Origin: Tubulanus polymorphus
Taxonomy: Eukaryota; Animalia; Nemertea
Assembly: GCF_964204645.1 (NCBI RefSeq)
Contig: NC_134030.1
Coordinates: 1,161,355 to 1,225,354 of the forward strand
DNA length: 64,000 nt
Reading direction: 5' to 3'
Made by a program: the position numbers and the translations under genes. Below, piece by piece: positions 1 through 12,900 of this stretch. A model generated the notes under the pieces. That model ran no database searches, had not been told where the DNA came from, and saw only the letters and a program-made list of their open reading frames with translations. Position 1 is the stretch's first letter, and the number at the start of each line of letters is the position of its first letter.

Positions 1-842
1 TGTGGTGTCCCTGGACCCCTACATGCATCATATAGAGAATTAGTGGATGTGGTGTCCCTGGACCCCTACATGCACCATATAGAGAATTAGTGGATGTGGT
101 GTCCCTGGACCCCTACATGCACCATATAGAGAATTAGTGGATCTGGTGTTCCTGGACCCCTACATGCACCATATAGAGAATTAGTGGATGTGGTGTCCCT
201 GGACCCCTACATGCACCATATAGAGAATTAGTGGATCTGGTGTTCCTGGACCCCTACATGCACCATATAGAGAATTAGTGGATGTGGTCTTCCTGGACCC
301 CTACATGCACCATATAGAGAATTAGTGGATGTGGTGTCCCTGGACCCCTACATGCACCATATAGAGAATTAGTGGATGTGGTGTCCCTGGACCCTTACAT
401 GCACCATATAGAGAATTAGTGGATGTGGTGTCCCTGGACCCCTACATGCATCATATAGAGAATTAGTGGATGTGGTGTCCCTGGACCCTTACATGCACCA
501 TATAGAGAATTAGTGGATGTGGTGTCCCTGGACCCCTACATGCATCATATAGAGAATTAGTGGATGTGGTGTCCCTGGACCCCTACATGCACCATATAGA
601 GAATTAGTGGATGTGGTGTCCCTGGTCCCCTACATGCATCATATAGAGAATTAGTGGATGTGGTGTCCCTGGACCCTTACATGCACCATATAGAGAATTA
701 GTGGATGTGGTGTCCCTGGACCCCTACATGCATCATATAGAGAATTAGTGGATGTGGTGTCCCTGGACCCCTACATGCACCATATAGAGAATTAGTGGAT
801 GTGGTGTCCCTGGACCCCTACATGCACCATATAAAGAATTAG
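1..842 (+). repeat. 47-bp tandem satellite (>=18 units)
   Basis: Unit tgtggtgtccctggacccctacatgcaccatatagagaattagtgga repeated head to tail; ends ~70 bp upstream of the gene A first coding exon. Confidence 0.97.
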
Positions 843-914
843 TTCACTGAACCAGAATAAGACTGACTGATATATTTTCAAATGATTTAATATTTTTACT
901 TGTTTTTCTAGATA

Positions 915-3900
915 ATGCCGAAGGCAAATAAAAAAACTCGGGGCGTGGGGCCCTCAACATCTAGCCCCTATAATAAAGTAAGTACAAATTTACTGCTTCC
1001 ATGCTTATTTATTCATCCCATACTTAGTATTTTGTACCCCTGGGTCCAGTTTCACAAAAAGGATTAACGCCTAAATCGATTTAAGATAAACTGTATTAAT
1101 GAAGGAATTAAATCGATTTAAGAGTTAAACCTGTTTGTGAAACTGGGCCCTGAATTGCATCTAGAATGAAAAAAAAGAAAAAAAAATATTGAAAATAACG
1201 TTGGTGAAATATTTCTGGATCTCTCTGGATTTCTGCTCAATGCATCGTTTAGTAAAATATCGATATTCTCTAAAAGTAAAGATATAAGTATAAAAATATT
1301 GTATTGAATCGTGATTAGTTACTGTATGCGCTGCTAGTTGTTGCCCAACCCATAGCCTCATTTCTCTCCATTCTAAATTTGCATTGTTTAACATTGTCTG
1401 GTCGCTATGGAAACTATTTATTTAAGTTTCTTTGTGGTATCCATGGCAACAGTAACGTTTAGGTAGTGGCACCAATTATGGGTCCCAACGTTCCCATGGC
1501 GATACATGAGAACATTTATCCTATTTTTGACCTACATGACGTAAGATGGTAGTGAGTCGATGACGTCATTTTCGTCTCACCACTAATGAAAAAAAAAATT
1601 AAATGAAAAAAAAAGGAAGAAATGGTTAGAATTACGTTTATGAAATTTTTCTGGATCGGCTAAATGTATTGTTCCATTAAATATCGACATTCTCTAAAAT
1701 TATAGGCATCAATATCAAAATGATGATACAGCAGACTCCGCTTAACTCTGTTCTATTTGGACCATTAATTAACCGAATACCAACTTTTTAAAATTTTAGG
1801 ATTTTTACGTTAAGGATCAGAAAATGTGTATGCAATTTCAACCGGGTACCGAGTAGGGTGGCCGAGTCTACTGTAGTCTGCTGCCCCCTCGAATCCATTA
1901 CCTTATTATCTCTCAATTTGCATTGTTTGACCTCGTCTGGTTGCTATGGAAACTATTTAGTTATATCAGGAACGGTTTTTTCGAGGTAACCAGTGGCAAC
2001 AGTTAACAGACGTGTCCGTCCTAGAGATAAACTGTCTGATTTCACAGCCACATCCGTCCTAGAGATAAACTGTTAGATAAACTCTGATTTCGCGTCTGTC
2101 CTATTTCTTGTCATTGTATGAATATGTTTTCTCTTTTATAGGGTACAGCGCAGCAACAACAACAACAACAACAACAACAGCAACAGCAACAACAACAACA
2201 AAAATTTAATATTTCTATGTCCGGAATAGACGTAAGTTATCGTAAACGCCTGTTTGAAGTCATCATTCTTGAGCTTGAAACCGAAATTTATATTATAGAA
2301 TATTAAACCCTGCTTCTGCTACTGACAGGTAATGTCCGTCATACATTACTGCATCGTCAAATCTATACCAGGGTGCACCCAGGCAGATCGTTCGCATCAT
2401 CACATGCAAAGGGCTGATTATTTTGGAACCCAGTTTTTATCAGCTGGAACATTCTGCACATTCGACCATATTGATTGATAGCCCGTTATAGACGAGTGGA
2501 GAAAAACTGAAAAACCAGTTCGGAAAAACTTCGATTGATTTCACTCACATTTACAGAAATTTGGTCCGACCCCAAAACCATTTACTTACACTATACAAAT
2601 CAGATCAGGTTTTTAACATTGTCTTTGATTGTATTTTCAGTTTTTGCCGACAACGCCGCCCAGTGGTGTTTCGACGCCGGTAAGTGATAACTATTTTCTA
2701 ATAAATCACGCTTATTTCAATTTGTAATTTGAAAATAGAGGGTAGTAGCTGTTATGTATAAATTATGCTAATTAGGAATAAATTCATATTCGATTAAGTC
2801 TCATCATCGTAGAAGTCATATATTAATGATGCTATCTCTAAAGTTGTCATTTAAATTAAGTGTTATATTTACTACTTCATTTGCTTCATGACCCAAAAAC
2901 CTCTACTATATAACTACTGGTTTTGTTCTAATCTTGGAGAATTTGCTGCAAAATTTACTTATCATTTGTTAAACAGTTTTTATTGAAAACCTGAATCAGT
3001 GATACATGCATTCATGAATATCCATCTAATATTTTGTTTTATTTTATCTTTACAGGATTTATCACCGATACAGCACGTGGACGTAAGAGATTAAACATTG
3101 ATCTTGAATTTTAAGTTCAAACTAATTTATTTTTTATCTCACTCGGGACTATAGTTATTGCGTTCACTTTGCGTCCAGTTGTCTCGGGTAGTTTTTGATT
3201 TATCGTGTTGATAATTGGTTTATATACTCAAACTCAAAATATCGGCGCAATTGGAATTAAGATGGCGCACTTGTATGTCCATTTTTTTCCCCGGCAAAAT
3301 TAGCACTTTAGCAGATTTTAAGGATCAATTCTGTTGTTATATTACATTGAAATCAGAGTTTAATATATATCGGTATAGAGCAGATTTTTGCTCTAGTTAT
3401 AAATAAAGTTATAAATAATCTCATGACATGTTCTGTATATGTGTAGTGAGTTTCGATGTCTTTGGTTCCTTTTAAACCAGGGGGAGTTAAATTTGAAAAT
3501 GTCAGATCGTCGAGCATTTCAGACCGCTTCCAAAGTGGGTCCCTGCACCCCTAGTTATACCGTTAATATTTTAATAAAACATTAATATTTTTATTTGATA
3601 GAATATATTGATATACCATACATTGATATCGGTCTTGTAATTGGATCAACAACCATGAGATCAAAACACAGCAAATATGAACCTGCTGTGAATCAATAGA
3701 TTTGTGATAAATGTAATGAAATTGTTATTTTTCATATTGACTTTTTGAGTTAAGGGTCTGTTGTATAAGAGTATTTGGTCTCGCGTGTCAATGTATGATA
3801 TCAATCTGTTGTATTTCCTCGTTCCAATGTTTAAAAGGTGTTCGTCACCTTATATTAATAAACTACTTTAACCGTTAGATGGCGCCATAAGTGTGATATT

Positions 3901-6900
3901 TGATTTATGGGATACCCGCAAAACCAGCTATTCCACCAGATGGCGCAACGAGTAGTAGGTCGTTCGTTGTCAAAATTAGTTCATTTTCGATAAACTTTGA
4001 GATGGTTTGAAGAAGAAATACTTTCATTCTTCTACTCTGATATCGATTTAGTTTTCATTAATAATTGATTCATTTAAGAGAACAATTCATTCAGATTTAA
4101 TTGAAATGTACAAGAAAATCGAACGCAGACGACCAACTATTTACTAGCGACACCTGGGGAATCCTCGCCTGCCATAAGTGGAATCCTCGATTGCCACAGT
4201 AAGACTGCGGGTATCCCATTGTTTGGCGTGTGAAGTAAAGTAAAGTTAGAAAACGGATGTTTAACTTTGTTGTGAAACGAAAGCGTTTTGGAGATTTTTA
4301 AACCAATCAAATCAATATTTTGATATTACGCTTGAAACCCTTCCCACTCATATTCTACGTACTAAGTATATATTCTTGTTTCCGTGGAAATCATGGTGAG
4401 TGGCGTCATCTATACAGTGGAGTTAGCTTTAAAAATCGAGCATGCTTCGACAAGTGGCTCCATCTATTCCCTAATACTGAAGCGAGGTAACCAGCAGCGC
4501 CCTTATATACAGGAAATGAACGCCTATCAAGTTTAACAATGCACGGTGTATTGACCACAGCGACCGGTGATAATTATATCAATGTTGATTAGCTATTGCC
4601 ATAGACAGGTCCGTAGCGTTTGACTGGACCAGAACGGGGCCCCCTAACCAAAACAAATTTTGAAAACGTGCCCAGATAAATTGCCTCTGGGAGATTGATT
4701 TAACGAGGTTTTGATTAAATGAACAAATTTTAATATTTGTAAGTTTAACATTTCTGTTTTTAATTTTTCTTTGTAAGGAACTGAATTTTCGAACCCCCCT
4801 TAACCACTTCAAGCTACGTTCCTGATATAGTGCTAGCTATACCTGAATACTTTTCTCTTATTGAAATTGTCTAAAAAACCAGCACCTTGAACTAATGAAC
4901 GTCATAATGAAAATGTTTAAAAATTCAACCGTTAATGAATTTGACTAATATATTTTTTTTATTTTCATTTCTAGCGTCAGTTTGCCTCACAGGCAAGGTC
5001 GCCGTCGCTTAATGTAAGTATCAGTGACGCCCTCAATCTCACATGCCTCACTTCCCTCCTAATGTAACCATTTTTATGAAATTCCTCAAGAAAATATATA
5101 CTAGTAATCTTAGAATACACGTTTTTGTACCCAGACCCCTTCATTCTACTGAACTACCGTGTAATAAGTGCCTGTTGTGTTCATTTTCTGTTGCATTGAT
5201 TTATATATTATTTCTATTTACAGTTGTCAAACAACAGCAGCAGCAGCAGCAGCAGCGCACCCCTCCCGCCGGAGACGCCTCCCGACTTGCAAGCAAGAAG
5301 TAAGTTCAGTCTTCAAATACAATTTCAATGCATTCAATTTTGTGTATGGCATTAAAACGGTTAAAGTTGTGACTAGTTTTCATAACTCCGTGACGTCATA
5401 TTTCCATCGAGTACCGGACCCTTTCCTATGTTTTTTGCCAATTTGGATTGAATGATCGCCAGCGGTTTTTCTATACGACCCGGCTCTGCTGTATTGCATT
5501 TAGCCATCCTTTTTCTTGGCGTTTTTTATAAGAAGGTGTTTGATTTTGTCTCTAAGGGATTTAGGAATTTAAGAGACACTTGTACTCTCTATACAGTGAG
5601 TTTGTTCTGTTTTTGTTCCCTCGTGAATTTTATTTTGTTTGAATCAAATCAAATCAGTGCATCTTTCTTGAATTGCGTGTATGTTATAATATTATGTAAG
5701 TTATAACGTTAAAATTTCTGTTATATTTAAACCGAATATTTAATTGTTGTATTTTGAATGCGATAATGCCGCTCCCTGCTAAAGTCCAGCGTCGTCATCG
5801 TGAGGGATGCGGTCATCTGTTCGGGCCCTGATTACGTTCTGTGTTCATCCTGTTGGGCTACATCGGGCGTTATATGAGTTCATCCTTCCTGGACTTGCGG
5901 ATTGTGGTCGGAAGATCTATGGGTTCGGGCCGATAAGTCCCGGAAACAGAAAGTACAGTTTCTGCCGATGTGCCCATTGATGTCTCTATTTCAGAACATC
6001 ACAGCGGTCGCCGGCTGTACAAGCACGGTCGGCTTCCCAACTCCATTCTCTGAGGAGGATCGCTGGTTCTCTAGTAACGGTCAGTCACCAGTCAATCAAC
6101 GGTTCAGCTGGTTCAGTTTCCCAGGTATCGGCGCGCGACAGTCGGGATACCTGCACAGGAACTCAGGTCCGGTCCGGGCTACTCCGAGCACCGGTCCGGT
6201 CCAGGCATCACCGGATACTGAACATCCTGTCCAGTAGCTTCGAGAACTGGTCCGGTCCAGGCATCACAGGGTACTGAACATCTGGTCTGGTCAGCTTCGA
6301 GAACCGGTCCAGGCATCACCGGATACTGAACATCTGGTCCGGTCAGCTTCGAGAACTGGTCCGGTCCAGGCATCACCGGGTAATAAACATCCGGTCCGGT
6401 CCGGGTGGCTTCGAGCACCGGTCCGGTCCAGGCATCACCGGGTACTGAACATCCAGTCTGGTCCGGTCCAGGCATCACCGGGTACTGAACATCCAGTCTG
6501 GTCCGGTCCAGGCATCACCGGGTACTGAACATCCAGTCCGGTCCGGTCCAGGCATCACCGGATACTGAACATCCGGTCCGGTAGCTTCGACAACTGGTCC
6601 GGTCCAGGCATCACCGGGTACTGAACATCCAGTCCGGTCCGGTCCAGGCATCACCGGGTACTGAACATCCAGTCTGGTCCGGTCCAGGCATCAGTGGATA
6701 CTGAACATCTGGTCCGGTAGCTTCGAGAACTGGTCCGGTCCAGGCATCACTGGGTACTGAACATCCAGTCCGGTCCGGTCCAGGCATCACTGGGTACTGA
6801 ACATCCAGTCCGGTCCAGGCATCACCGGGTACTGAACATCCAGTCTGGTCCGGTCCAGGCATCAGTGGATACTGAACATCCTGTCCGGTCAGCTCCGTGC

Positions 6901-9900
6901 ACCGGTCCGGTCCAGGCATCACTGGGTACTGAACATCCACTCTGGTCCGGTCCAGGCATCACCGGGTACTGAACAGGGTTCGTCGCGGTGCTTGAAAAAC
7001 TTGAAATGGCTTGAATTTGAAAAATACTACTCAAGCGCTTGAAAACAGCTTGAAAATAGATCGAAAGCTTGAAATAATTATTTTTGACTTGAAATAAAAA
7101 GATATGGCTTGAAATGCTTGATTATCACAAATTTTCTTCTTCGCGAATTTTTTTCGATGAAATCGCTGACAGAATATGTTCTTGAGTTGTTTCTACGCTT
7201 GCGTCATGTTTTAGGCATCAATAAAGAAATTAATTGAATTGTATATAATCGCTATGAGGCTCTTGTGGTGAAACTCTACGGTGTCTGGAGACATGAACAT
7301 ACGGGGAAATTTCAGTCATGCATGTTATCGAGCATTGATGTAAAATGGCATTGAAATCCCACACCAGGAGTGAGAGCCATGTTGAAGGCACCGCGACCTA
7401 GTCAAAGTCATTGAACATTACAAATTTCGTATTAGGCCATACAAAAATCAAGGTCTGTTTGCCGTCATCCGACCGACCCGACTTCAAAGGTACCCAGTGG
7501 AAACTTTTTTCTTGGATTCATTGAAATAAATTGTATTTTTGATACAAATGGCCGACCCACTGCCGATGTATGAGCTATGTATGTTTGAAGTTAAGTGTGC
7601 ATCATGTGAAAACATGCCTCGACTATTTAGTTGAAGTTTTCCAGGAAACTGGCAGTGTTCCAATAAGCTGCCATTCATTCTAAAGCTGGTAATGTTATAG
7701 CGTGCATATATTCAATCTACTGTTTCATTTTGAACGCAGATTTCGGATGTTGTTTCCGCTAAAAGTGGTGATGATAAATTTGTTGTTTTTTTTGCCCCAA
7801 AATTTTGCAAAAAAAAAATGATGCTACCTTCCTACTGACTTATCCCAAAAATAGTAGGTGTAACGGCAAAACAGACAATTAATTTGGGATGGCCAAATAT
7901 CCAAATCTTGATTGATATGAATATTTAAGCTAGGAAATGCTGAAAATCATTGTGATGAACAGGTTTCATCTCTAACAGAATCGTATCAACTCGGAGGTTC
8001 CACTGGAATCAAAATTTTACCTCTTTTTTAACATTTTTATACGAACCTGTTCAAAATAGGCAAATTGGCTGCGACTAACGAAAATTGCTTCCAACGTGCC
8101 TTAAAAATAGCTTGAAAATGGTATAAATCTAGCTTGAAATGGCTTGAATTTCACCTGAGCTTGAGACAATGAACCCTGCTGAACATCTGGTCCGGTCAGC
8201 TTCCAGCACCGGTCCGGTCCAGGCATCACCGGTTACTGAACATCCGGTCCGGTCAGCTTCCAGCACCGGTCCGGTCCAGGCATCACCGGTTACTGGTCCG
8301 GTCCGGGCAGCTTTGAGCACCGGTCCGGTCCAGGCATCACTGAGTACTGAACATCCAGTCCGGTCCGGTCAGCTCCGAGCACCGGTCCAGGCATCACCAG
8401 GTACTGAACATCTGGTCTGGTCCGGGCGGCCTGGCATCAATGTTTCGAATTTAAAACATAGTTATCATGGTTCTAGGTTTGGTAGAGGGCGCTCTTCTAC
8501 CAGATGCAGGAGCGAGGTCACCTTCACGGAGATCGAGATCGAGGGATTATGATTGATTCTGTAGGAACCATCATCATTCATCAGTTCAGGTCGAGGGACC
8601 GTTTAGGAAGTTCACGTCTTTCACGTCGAGGGACCGTTTAGGAAGTTCACGTCTTTCACGTCGAGGGACCGTTTAGGAAGTTCACGTCTTTCACGTCGAG
8701 GGACCGTTTAGGAAGTTCACGTCTTTCACGTCGACGGACCGTTTAGGAAGTTCACGTCTTTCACGTCGAGGGACCGTTAAGGAAGTCGTCACAATAATCA
8801 GGATTTCCGCGATTTCGAAAGTCAGATTTTAAACTTGTTATTGTCATTGTAAGCTACCGCAGTTACAGGTAAGCCTATTCTTGATTGCCCGAGACAGGCG
8901 TGCAGATATTGTTCCCGACTTAAGTTTTTGGTTGATTCTCTTGTGACTTGTTTGTTTTAGGGGTGAGATGGATGAGCCTTATTGTTTTTTGACATATATA
9001 GGTCATCCAAGATGGCCGCCACAGCCATTACAATGTGTAAAATAGCCATTTTGAAGCTTGTGACAACTCTACAATCTACAGTTTCAAACCAATTTGCCAA
9101 TTACTTATTCTGTGGTTTCATAATGGTAGGAGAATGAGCCTTATTGTTTTTGACATATATAGGTCATCCAAGATGGCCGCCACAGCCATTTCAATGTGTG
9201 AAATAGCCATTTTGAAGCTTGTGACAACTCTACAATCTACAGTTTCAGACCAATTTACCAATTACTTATTCTGTGGTTTTATAATGGTAAGAGGATGAGC
9301 CTTATTGTTTTTGACATATATAGGTCATCCAAGATGGCCGCCACAGCCATTTCAATGTGTGAAATAGCCATTTTGAAGCTTGTTACCGCTCTACGGACTT
9401 AAGTTTTAAGCTTAAGACTTAAGATGGCCACCACAGTTATATCAATGTGTTAAATCTTATCCGATTTGGAGCTTGTTACTGCTCTAAGATGTAGAGGTTT
9501 AGAGGTTTATAATTTCATTCATACTTGTACTGTGGTTTATTTATGGTGGTCAGAGGATGAGACCTATTACAATTTGCATTCTCTACTTGACTCACTGGTC
9601 AAGGGTTAATATCTAGTTTGATAAATGTGATAAGCATGTCGGTGAATCACCCCCCCCCCCCCCGGACTCTGATCTCAATGTCTGATGTCAATCGTCAGCA
9701 GTTTCAATGGAATGGGCTCGATTAGGTGTGGAACAAGTGGAATCCTCGATTGCCACAGTCGAACCTAGAGTATTAAGAGCTCAATTAGGTTCTTCTTTGC
9801 GTCTCTTCTCCAGTTGGAGTGCTCCAGTTTCCACCGAATGGAGGAAGATTCGAGATGTGCAGATTCAAGTCCACCATGCGGACTCCGGCTCCGGCTCCGG

Positions 9901-12900
9901 CAGCTCAAGGTTCAGCCCGAACTCACACAATGCCATCTCAAGCATCCGTACTTTCTCAAGCGGCTACTAATGCTGTTTGGAGAACAAGTGCACAGCTCCA
10001 ACATTCTCGTGCCCCTTCTGGTCAGAATAATTCTAGTTCATATCGGGGAATGCTCCTAAAAGGAGCTCTTCCTCTCGGAGAAACTCAAAATGAATGCTCG
10101 GGGCCAGTGAGAGGTTGTCTATAACGAGCAGCCACCTACTGATCCGGCGTTCCCGGGTCGTATCACGGCGGCTACTGTCTTCAATTCTGAACACCTCCCG
10201 ACATGCGCCCGAAAGCAGGTCACGAGACACTAATCTCGTTAGCTCTCAAAGATCTGGCCAAAAAGAGAGCAATAGAACCAGTACGGGACGAAGCCACATC
10301 CGGCTGGTTTTCATGAATATTTATGCTCCTGAAGACCACAGGGCGTCGATGGACTGTCATTCCTCGAGTGGCACCTGGATATCCCGAGGCTTCCGATGAC
10401 TAAAACAGGGAGGTAATTCAAGGTCTCCGTCGAGGTTAATGGGCGGCTTCATTGGACCTGAAAGATGTCAGGTTCCTATTCACCCGAAATCTCATCAATT
10501 GCACAGAATGAAGTGGAAACGCTGCCAGTTCCAGTTCAGGTCTCTTCCAGTCGGCCTCAGTACAGCCCACGCCCTGGGTATTTACCAGCTTGGGTCAAGT
10601 CCAGAAGGTACACTACACTCCAGGGCTGGGTTTCATAGATATGGAAGAAAAATAATTCCAGGGAACATTTTGAAATTTGTCAGTTATAACCATGGTTTCT
10701 CATTGTTAGTATGGTGGTTGAGGATTTATCCCTTTGGATAACTTTGATACTCAGTCTATGAAACCGGGTCCTGGAGTATTTGTCTGTTGGTTTACCTCGA
10801 CGACTGGTTACTAGTACCAAACTCGACTATAGAATGTCAGGAGGCGGTGACCGCTGTCGACCGCTGTCGTAGACTTAGTTCACCAGTTCCGCGTAAACTA
10901 AGTAAAATCTCACTTGATGCCGTCCCAACAGTTCACATCTCCGGATCAGCACGGTCTTTCCGTCCATGGCTCGAGTAGCCAAACTTCAAGAAGCGTAGTT
11001 ACCACAAACGAGAGGACAGCTAGTTATCGGTGACGCCTGTGGCTAAATGCAATACCGCACTGCCAGGGGTCGTATCTCTGGCTATCTACACATTCAGAGA
11101 ATATTAACTAAAACCATAGGAAAGGGTCAAGCACTACTCCGAAAAAAACTAATTTTATTTCCAAAAAATTATGATATTATATGGATTGCATGCTGTGTGG
11201 AAGAAGTTTTCAAAATTATTTAGGAGCTTATTATAATTTGAATGCATGAATTGAGAGCAATTTGAAATGTGTTGATATCCGAAAGTGTTTCCATTGACTT
11301 CACTCATTCACCTGATGAAGCTTCTATACATTAGTACCCAAAGCTTGTGTGTCAAATAAACTAGTTACACGTCCTATAAAGTATTACTTGTCTCGTTATA
11401 TATTCTAAACCCCAGTTAACAATTCCAGTAAGTCAGGTTTAGGGAATAGATATTTAAACCTTGAGATGATACCGATGTGATACAATTCCAGTAACTCAGG
11501 TTTAGGGAATAGATATTTAAACCTTGAGATGATACCGATGTGATACAATTCCAGTAAGTCAGGTTTAGGGAATAGATATTTAAACCTTGAGATGAAACCG
11601 ATGTGATACAATCCCAGTAAGTCAGGTTTAGGGAATAGATATTTAAACCTTGAGATGATACCGATGTTATACAATTCCAGTAAGTCAGGTTTAGGGAATA
11701 GATATTTAAACCTTGAGATGAAACCGATGTGATACAATTCCAGTAAGTCAGGTTTAGGGAATAGATATTTAAACCTTCAGATGATACCGATGTGATACAA
11801 TTCCAGTAAGTCAGGTTTAGGGAATAGATATTTAAACCTTGAGATGATACCGATGTAATACAATTCCAGTAAGTCAGGTTTAGGGAATAGATATTTAAAC
11901 CTTCAGATGATACCGATGTTATACAATTCCAGTAAGTCAGGTTTAGGGAATAGATATTTAAACCTTGAGATTAAACCGATGTAATACAATTCCAGTAAGT
12001 CAGGTTTAGGGAATAGATATTTAAACCTTGAGATGAAACCGATGTGATACAATCCCAGTAAGTCAGGTTTAGGGAATAGATATTTAAACCTTGAGATGAA
12101 ACCGATGTGATACAATTCCAGTAAGTCAGGTTTAGGGAATAGATATTTAAACCTTCAGATGATACCGATGTGATACAATTCCAGTAAGTCAGGTTTAGGG
12201 AATAGATATTTAAACCTTCAGATGATACCGATGTGATACAATTCCAGTTAGTCAGGTTTAGGGAATAGATATTTAAACCTTCAGATGAAACCGATGTGAT
12301 ACAATTCCAGTAAGTCAGGTTTAGGGAATAGATATTTAAACCTTCAGATGAAACCGATGTAATACAATTCCAGTAAGTCAGGTTTAGGGAATAGATATTT
12401 AAACCTTGAGATGAAACCGATGTGATACAATTCCAGTAAGTCAGGTTTAGGGAATAGATATTTAAACCTTCAGATGATACCGATGTAATACAATTCCGGT
12501 AAGTCAGGTTTGATATTTAAACCTTGAGATGATACCGATGAATTTAGCAATTTTGAATGAATTAAACCAATATGAGATTTCGATCCTAAGAATATTGGAA
12601 GCTTGTGTTTAACGTTACTAAATATTAATATTATATAAAGCTAGAAGGACACGAGCGTATCCATTTTTCGCCCGATCGCGACGATTAAATTCGCCGGTGA
12701 ATTTATACGCCCGATACGAGCGGGTACCGATCTATCTATAAATCGGCCGTCACGGTGATTTCGTCGCCCGCCGACATTAAACATGTTCGATATTTACGCC
12801 GGTGTTCGGGTCACTTGTTAATTCGCTCGGCTTGTCGGCAAGCTTAAAAAGATTTAGAAAAAACTAGAAATTCTCATTCCTGAATGAACTGGATTCATCT

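Larger units (their letters stand above)
6166..8438 (+). repeat. ~35-55-bp GC-rich composite tandem repeat (ggtccggtccaggcatcaccgggtactgaacatccagtc), split by a MITE at 6974-8178
   Basis: Repeat visible at 6166-6973 and 8179-8438; longer array in copy 2 (38190-39395 and 40548-40808); lies in the DIRS ORF1 region. Confidence 0.93.
5417..11128 (+). mobile_element. Decayed DIRS-type (tyrosine-recombinase) retrotransposon in intron 6 of gene A
   Basis: Inverted 14-bp match gaccctttcctatg (5417) / cataggaaagggtc (11115). ORF1-like Cys/His start at 5766 (MPLPAKVQRRHREGCGHLF...). Degenerate DIRS-like RT motifs at 10250-10940. No recombinase domain recognised. Confidence 0.75.

Noticed and set aside
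1-842. 47-bp (and 46-, 35-, 63-bp) arrays as CRISPR arrays
   Set aside because: Head-to-tail units without unique spacers, no cas genes, and a eukaryotic intron-exon context.
5043-5455. PolyQ and polyA ORFs over the CAG tract
   Set aside because: Splice phase places exon 6 in the third (poly-Ser) frame; these ORFs run through intronic sequence.
6179-7034. Minus-strand PVMPGPD repeat ORFs
   Set aside because: Artefacts of the GC-rich tandem array inside the DIRS remnant.
11405-12115. YHIGFISRFKYLFPKPDLLEL repeat ORFs
   Set aside because: Translation of the 63-bp repeat; frequent stops, and a different frame is open in copy 2.
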